A DNA stretch of 64,000 bases, from assembly GCA_951406725.2 (NCBI GenBank), contig OX597815.1, forward strand, positions 61,566,001-61,630,000, given 5' to 3'. The translations under genes and the position numbers were made by a program. The notes under the pieces are model-generated. The model saw only the letters and a program-made list of their open reading frames with translations, did no database searches and had not been told where the DNA came from. This DNA is from Octopus vulgaris (Eukaryota). Positions 56,303 to 64,000 of this stretch are shown here, in pieces. The stretch's first letter is position 1, and every line of letters starts with the position of its first letter.

Positions 56303-57121
56303 TGGTGGTGGTGGTGGTGGTTACTGGCAAGAATAGTCGTTATTACAGTCATGGCTGTTTGTGAAGGAAAAATAAATAAAAAAAAATGACAGTCGTGTTG
56401 GTGGTGGAATCGGTGCTTTTGAAAAAGACGCCGGCATTGATGGTGGTGGTGAAACGGCAACGCTGGTGTGGATGGTAATAGCAAATGGCGCTGCTTTGTG
56501 GTGGTGTTGATGGTGGCGGCGTTTGCGTATTTGTTGTGATAGCGATGATGTTGGGAGGGCGATGTATTGGAGGCAGCGATGGCGTAGCCGTCATTGTTTT
56601 GATAGAAGGTGGTGGTGGTGGTAATGATCGTTGGGTGACTGGCTGTTTGAAGGGGGGATTCGGTAGTGGGACGGGAATGTCGAATCGTTTGTTGTCGTAG
56701 TGGTGGTGATGGTGGCGAAGGTTGAGTTGGAGATGGTGGTGGTGTATCGAAACAGATGTTGGTGGGGCAGGCTGTGGTGTCAGTAATGGCGGCGTATCGG
56801 AAATGGTAATCGTGATGATGATGGTGGTGGTAGTGGAGGTAGTGATGGTGGGACAGTGTATGTGTTTAGATTGGGTTGGAGATAGGACTGGCGGTGATGG
56901 TGATAGCGGTGCTGCTGGTAAAGTCGGTAGCTGCTGCTGATGCATAGAGTGGTGACGGCGCAGTTGATGACGGTGGTAAAGGAGGTGATGATGTTGGCGG
57001 TACCGGATGTAACGGCGGCAATGGCTGTGACGTTACACTGTGTGTGTATCTGTGTCTGTGTGTGCGTATATAAAGTAATCAGTCAATGTGTATGGAGTTG
57101 TATGAATGCGAATGCTTATAG

Positions 57122-57174
<53 letters not shown>

Positions 57175-57207
57175 GTATCTATATATAAGTGTAGTCATTT
57201 CTGTATG

Positions 57208-57246
<39 letters not shown>

Positions 57247-57345
57247 GTAACAATTGTATATATTTGCATAAATATACATAAAGTATATTTGTATGTCTAT
57301 ATAAATATATATATATAAAATATAGAAAATACTGTTATAGAGTAG

Positions 57346-57413
<68 letters not shown>

Positions 57414-57560
57414 ATATATATATTGTAGATAAATAGGTACATGTTTATATTTATATACGTTTAAACACCCACACATATGTATGTATGTTTGAATGTATAT
57501 AATAAGTACATATTTATTCACAAACTCACGGGTACACAAACACACAGACAAACAAACATT
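51600..57560. repeat. About 6 kb of compound degenerate (TA)/(CA)/(GA)/(GGT) simple sequence
   Basis: Almost no unique sequence. Confidence 0.85.
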
Positions 57561-58333
57561 CACGCGCGCGCGCAGAACGATGACAGCGACTTTGATGTTT
57601 CGCCGATCTTTGACGAAACTTCGAAAGTTACTCAACTTTTCGCTGGAAAAAAGATATTATACCCGTTTACGTATTGAGTCCTTTCACTGACGGTGTAGGT
57701 CTTTGATTTTATAGAACCTAATATTTGACTGGAACTTTATTTTATCGACGTCGGTGTGCATTTTAAAAACATGTTGTCCGCTGCTTCTACAATTCAGCCA
57801 ATTCCAAGATAGATGACATCCTCCACCCACCTCCCCTATTGATTCCATAGAAGTATTGAGTCTAAATGTCTGTATTAGACAGAACCAATGTGATTCTGAG
57901 TGTTTCGCCGATGTCGGCTCAGTCTGTCTGGTGAACTTGTTGCCGACGAAACTTCGAAGTCGTAGCAACTCTGTATTTCTTCCTATATTATTTCAATTTC
58001 TGCTACTTCCCTCAATTAACTGACGGTGGTAATACTGCAATGTTTTACCTGGTCAAGGATGATTAGTTCTGCTTATCCAGATAAAGGAGTTATCGCGTTG
58101 CGGTCAATATTAGTTACTAACCACCATTTCTACTGGCATCTTCTCAATCATCCAGTGATAATGAACATCGCTTAGAAGCAGATGACAAGCAGTCTTATTT
58201 GAAAGTTGTGAAAATCTTATCACTCAAAATTAAATATCCGAACGATCGGAACGTTTTTTTTAATCCTGTGAAATATTTCCGAATGTGATTATAGGTTATT
58301 CAGTTAATACACTACACACATACACGCATACAT

Positions 58334-58433
<100 letters not shown>

Positions 58434-58555
58434 GGTATCTTCAAAAATGTGTACATTATATGATTATAAAGTCAGTATTTATTTAAATCCATTTCGTTTT
58501 CAAAATTTAATAGTTTCTGTAGAAAGGATTTAATTTTTTTATGAGCACCTGTTTT

Positions 58556-58947
58556 CAAACTAATAAGCATTCTGATCTAGGAACTGCTCATCAAAGCAAA
58601 GCCATAGTATCGAAACATCAAGAAACATTTCGTTCGGTCGCTGTACACATTATCGTTCTATGTCTACCCTCAGTTCATTTACCGGTTTTATACTGTAAAT
58701 TCTATCTTTTAAGTCTTCCAATGATTAAAAAAAAAAGTTTAGTGTTTGGAAGTTCAGTGAACGCAGAATTTATCTTTATGAACCGCTTGTCCAATTCTCC
58801 TGCCCGGCAAAAGTTCATGAAGGCTTGCCCTATGGTAGCGTTGGCTTACTCTATCTTGTGAGAAATAAAATTCCACATCTTCAAAGTTATATTGAATGCT
58901 TGGCATGACATCGTCGCAGCAATTTCAATGGGACCAAGCACACAGTA

Positions 58948-58981
<34 letters not shown>

Positions 58982-59304
58982 AATGGTGTAATTAATCCTT
59001 TTAGTAACAAGCTGCACCATACTGTAACTCCTGGTCAATTTTGATGATGTTCCCCTCTATTATACGGATTTTCAGGTCACCAGAGTGTACAACTGAGGAG
59101 GAATATTAAAAAGAAAGAATATAACAATGGACAACTGCATCGAAACCTCCAGCTGTCAAACTAATAAGCATTCTGATTTAGGAACTACTCATCAAAGCAA
59201 AGCCATAGAATCGAAACATCAAGAAACATTTCGTTCGGTCGCTGTACACATTATCGTTCTATGTCTATCCTCAGTTCATTTACCGGTTTTATACTGTAAA
59301 TTCT
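58556..59304. repeat. Direct repeat pair of about 150 bp (58556-58704, 59157-59304)
   Basis: caaactaataagcattctgat...tttaccggttttatactgtaaattcta occurs twice with about 4 mismatches. Confidence 0.85.
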
Positions 59305-59606
59305 AGATAACAAATTATCATTTATGCCAATAATAATTAGTGCACTTGGTTTTGCAACTGAATGCCTGACTGTTAGTCTGGATAAGCTTGGATTTTCTGA
59401 AAAAGATGCCAACCAACTGACTCGCATTTTACAATACAATAAGCGGAACAGTAAAACTATGCAAGACTTTTTCAGGTTCAAAATGCAAATTTTCGTTATC
59501 TACGTTCCAATGATGGAGCATTGTATCTTTGTTAGAAACCAGCTCCTTCTTCAGAAATTAAAAACAGAAAAGAACATAAGTATGTATATATATAAAAGAA
59601 CATACG

Positions 59607-59654
<48 letters not shown>

Positions 59655-59894
59655 AATGAGGGTGAAAAATTGATATTAATTTAATAATACCATTAATTTA
59701 ACACCAAGTGGCTTAGCACAATAAACTACGGAGAAAATACAAATTTATACATAAATTATTAGAGAGTTAACCACTATGTGGATAACTCTAGTGCTAAAAA
59801 TAGCCCAGATAGTATAGCCACAGAAAAAAATCTTGTATGTATATATATATGGACATACATGCAAACGTACACATGCACACACACACACACACAT

Positions 59895-60300
59895 AGGCGA
59901 AGGAGTAGTCGTGTGGTAAGAAACTTGCTTCCCAACCACATGGTTCCGTGTTCAGTCCCACTGCGTGGCACCTTGGGCAAGAGTCTTCTACTATAGCCTC
60001 GGGCCGACCAAAGCCTTGTGAATGGATTTGGTAGACGGAAACTGAAAGAAGCCCGTCGTGTATATATAGATGTGTGTGTGTGCGTGTGTGTACGCGTGTG
60101 TGTGTGTGTGTCTGTGTTTGTTCCTCTGCCATCACTTGACAAGCCAATGTTGTGTTTACGTCCACGTAACATAGCGGTTCGGCCAAAGGAGCCGATAGAA
60201 TAAGAACCACGCTTACAAGGAATAAATCCTGGGTCGATTTTTTTATCTAATGGCAGTGCTCCAGCATGGTCGCAGTCAAATGACTGAAACAAGTAGAAGA
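59895..60300 (+). mobile_element. SINE family A, full length
   Basis: ggcgaaggagtagtcgtgtggtaag..gttcagtccc..cagtcaaatgactgaaacaagta. Confidence 0.85.
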
Positions 60301-61380
60301 ATATATACATATATATATGCATGTATGTTCGTATGTGTGCACAGCAATAATTAGCGACAGGAGCAGTACTAATACCAGCATGCTATATTCATCCCCGCTT
60401 AAAAAAAGGGGATATTGTGTAAGAACACAAAACTGCGATAGTTATGAGAAAAACCTCTCATATAAGGATTTTGATACATATAAACTCACTTGTTTACATC
60501 ACTAGTGAGAGATAAATCACTTGCCATCGCCGCTGCCGAGTTTACCAGATTGGTGTGCCCTGGCCTTGTCAATGGCAGACACTCGACCGCTGGAACTAGC
60601 AGCGATATCTTTGCTAGCGACACCAGTCCCTGATTAAGCACTGAACAATCTATCTGCGTGCAGATAACAAATCTCCGGAGGCCACACCCTCTTCTGTCTT
60701 AGTAAAACTGAATCATGGGGAAAGAAAGCGATTGGTTGTTGTTAACCAGAACCACTTTCCATTCCCCTTTTCACTATCAAAATTGTACATTACCTCTATC
60801 TACCTTTCCCTCCAGAACTCACGACGCCAAACGCTTTCGCAACATATGGTAAAACCACGTAACAGTTTTAATATTGCATAACACATATTCCATACATTTT
60901 TTGAAACATGTGTAGTGCATACCTGCTTCTTCCCTTTTTTTTCACTCACTAATATGGATATGTGTACATAAATGAAACTGAGGGAACATGAATTATGTAA
61001 TCGACTTCATTAGCCTATAGCTGTTTCTGCTATCAGAGACAGTGCACTCAGAGCATCATTTTATAAGCTCAGAGGAAGCTATGACGTGATGTACAAGCAT
61101 TCAGCTGTGAGTGCAGTGCGTCTTATAGGAGGAACAGCTTCAAGTTATAGAAGTTATTTTATTACGTAATTTAATTGTATACAACGCAATGTGCTCGCCT
61201 AACGCTTTATTCTGAATTTGAATCGCTATGCCCAAGCAAAAGCTTACACACACACATACATATGGGAGTGAGGTCACACATATGGGTGTGAGGTAAGAAG
61301 CTTACTTCCCGACCAAAGCATCGTGAGTGAATTTGATAGACAGAAACTGAAAGACGCCTGTCATATATATATATATATAT

Positions 61381-62748
61381 CTTTCTTTTCTTTTCCCTCT
61401 TCTCTGTCACGTGACTGTTGGCCGAAATCTGCCTTTCAGCTCCTGACCCTCGTCGTGTTAACATCGCTGTTTTCGTCCGCCGCTATAAAGGCTTTTTCCA
61501 ATGCGCCAGAGAAAAAATTTGTTTGCTTGTTATCAGTCGTAAGACACTGTTGTTTTCACCGTTAATGCTTCTGTATTTCATGTTTCTGTATTCCATTATT
61601 GTTTTTTGTTTTTTTATATCTGTCCCTTTTGCTGTCCTGGTGTTCGTATGCATTCGATCCTTCTTCCAGGAAATCTACGCTTCCAGCTTAGTTTTTCTAA
61701 TGCTCGTTGCTTAGTTTTTCTTGGAGGGCTGGCCGTGATCTAGTAATCTCAAGATTAATCAGCCGAAATTACTACGATGATCCGGTTCTTGACTGAAGAC
61801 TGAGGGTTTCGAATGTCCTGTCCGTGTTTATTGTATCGTCTTCTAAGAGTTATACGTTCTTGTCCATGTTGTATTTTTCTACATACCTTAACATATATTC
61901 CAGGCGCCCCGTACCCCCTTAACATTAATGTGAGCACATATTCTTAATAATTGGTACGACTCTCTGTTTGTCTCTCTCTCTCTCTCATTTTTACTTGATC
62001 TGTCCCCCTCTCTCTCTTTTCTCTCTACTCATCCTCTTTTTCTCTTCTCTTTCCTCTGATTCTTTGGTCTAGTCTTCCACTACCCTCCTATTTCTTTGTC
62101 TCGCTCTGCACTCACAGGTCATTCTTCGACACCCATCCCTTCTCCTCTCTGATTCCTTCTTTCTCTCTCTCTCTCTCTCTTTGTTGCGTTTGTCCCTCCT
62201 CTCTCTCTCTACTCTCTCTCTCTCTTCCTTTGCTTCTCTTTCTTTTCTTTTCCCTCTTCTCTGTCACGTGACTGTTGGCCGAAATCTGCCTTTCAGCTCC
62301 TGACCCTCGTCGTGTTAACATCGCTGTTTTCGTCCGCCGCTATAAAGGCTTTTTCCAATGCGCCAGAGAAAAAATTTGTTTGCTTGTTATCAGTCGTAAG
62401 ACACTGTTGTTTTCACCGTTAATGCTTCTGTATTTCATGTTTCTGTATTCCATTATTGTTTTTTGTTTTTTTATATCTGTCCCTTTTGCTGTCCTGGTGT
62501 TCGTATGCATTCGATCCTTCTTCCAGGAAATCTACGCTTCCAGCTTAGTTTTTCTAATGCTCGTTGCTTAGTTTTTCTTGGAGGGCTGGCCGTGATCTAG
62601 TAATCTCAAGATTAATCAGCCGAAATTACTACGATGATCCGGTTCTTGACTGAAGACTGAGGGTTTCGAATGTCCTGTCCGTGTTTATTGTATCGTCTTC
62701 TAAGAGTTATACGTTCTTGTCCATGTTGTATTTTTCTACATACCTTAA
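61381..62748 (+). mobile_element. Family P1 with about 510-bp apparently identical direct repeats (857-bp period), TA-flanked
   Basis: Identical ORFs at 61418 and 62275. 61383-61891 equals 62240-62748. CT-rich spacer. Confidence 0.85.
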
Positions 62749-62773
62749 TATATATATACACATGTGTGTGTAT

Positions 62774-62811
<38 letters not shown>

Positions 62812-63027
62812 GCGTGTGTTGCCAGTCCATAACAGGGTTACTCATTTACAACTGAGCAGAATGGAGCAATGTGAAATGAAATGTTTTGCTCAAGAACACA
62901 CTGAGCATCCGGTCTGGGATTTGAAACCACGAACTCACGATCGTGAGTGCAGCACGCTTAACCACTAGGCTACGTACGTTCACACACACACACACGTGTG
63001 TATATACGCACTCATACACACACACAT

Positions 63028-63065
63028 GTCTCTGATAAAGGACAATTTCCGAAACGTTAAAAGAC
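63028..63065 (+). ncRNA. Decayed minimal hammerhead (CUGAUAA)
   Basis: gtct CUGAUAA a gga-caatt-tcc GAAA C GUU aaaagac, in a microsatellite-flanked segment. Confidence 0.4.
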
Positions 63066-63126
63066 CTCTTGACATGAGAACGGTAAACTTTCTTCTTCCC
63101 GTTTTATCCCTTTTATGTTTATTGCG

Positions 63127-63193
<67 letters not shown>

Positions 63194-63198
63194 ATGTG

Positions 63199-63237
<39 letters not shown>

Positions 63238-64000
63238 GCACGTGAGTATGTGTGTGTGTGTCCGCGTGTGTATGTCCGTTTGTGTGCTCAAGCGCGTATG
63301 TATTTGCACCTGTCTAAATGTCGGTGTTTTTCATGTGTCCCTCGATGTTTCGAATGCACGCCCACAGACGATTGAATAAACCCAAGAAGAGAATATTTAC
63401 GCATGTTGGGGCTTGTATGTGTTTGTGTTTATGTCTGTGTATGCGTGTGTGTGTGTGTGTGTGCGTTTGTGTGTGTGTAGGCTTAAGGGGAACAGTTTGT
63501 TACCATGTGTGCCGATTCATCTGTGAATGTGTGTCTACGTGTATATGGATTATGTGCATGTATATGTGAGTGTAAATACGTGATGGCTGCGGTTTTCCAA
63601 CATGCGAGCTCTGTGCGTATGGTTACATATATCTTTAAGTTTCTATTTGTGTATGTGCGTGTGTGTATCTGTGTGTGTATGTGTGTGTGCATGTGTGCGA
63701 TGTATTTTTGTCCGCGGAGGCGGAAGGATTCATAAAAAGATTCATACACACACACACATGTATATATGTATAGGTATATAATTATATGTAATATGTAAGG
63801 ATTTACATTATATGTGCATGTGTCAATGTGCGTGTGTGTGTGTGTGTGTATGTTTGTGCGTGTGTTTGTGTGTGTGTGTGTGTACGTGTGTGTGTGTGTG
63901 TGTGTATGTATGTGTGTATGTGTGTGTTTGCCTGATCATTAGTGTGTAAATGGTGATTGAGGGAGGGCTGGATGAGTAAGTATGGCGGAGAGACAGCAAC

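Noticed and set aside
57572-57677. Possible terminal exon NDDSDFDVSPIF...
   Set aside because: No polypyrimidine acceptor, no partner exons, no recognisable homology.
57890-57935. Minus strand ctga gccga-ca-tcggc GAAA cactc
   Set aside because: Core incomplete, no stem I, no second full copy.
60255-60300. SINE A tail agtc-aaat-gact GAAA CAA GUA, resembling the 3' half of a hammerhead
   Set aside because: No CUGANGA or stem I upstream in any copy; more likely the LINE-recognition stem-loop.
61010-61070. Minus strand tgct...agca GAAA CAGCU AUA, hammerhead-like
   Set aside because: The CUGANGA segment is unrecognisable; at best a relic.

Overview
AT-rich, microsatellite-saturated metazoan DNA. 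The SINE repertoire suggests a cephalopod, probably Octopus (inference, not verified). I find no convincing host gene; nearly all ORFs in the track are microsatellite or low-complexity translations. Recognisable content is transposon-derived: several tRNA-derived SINE families, Tx1/L1-like LINE fragments, R4/Dong-like fragments, a decayed Tc1/mariner, MITEs, non-autonomous Helitron-like elements and many 5'-truncated Penelope-like elements (PLEs) with RT or GIY-YIG remnants. The main signal is about 25 type I hammerhead ribozyme (HHR) motifs found by eye. Eight have a canonical CUGANGA/GAAA core, three have a compensatory U3-A8 core, and the rest are variant or decayed. They belong to at least 7 sequence families that mostly sit inside (TA)n tracts, either as head-to-head foldbacks with a ribozyme in each arm or as retrozyme-like direct repeats. 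Many have a palindromic stem III suggesting dimeric cleavage, some have long stem II insertions, and several families share a 3'-terminal motif. Coordinates were read by eye and may be off by a few bases.
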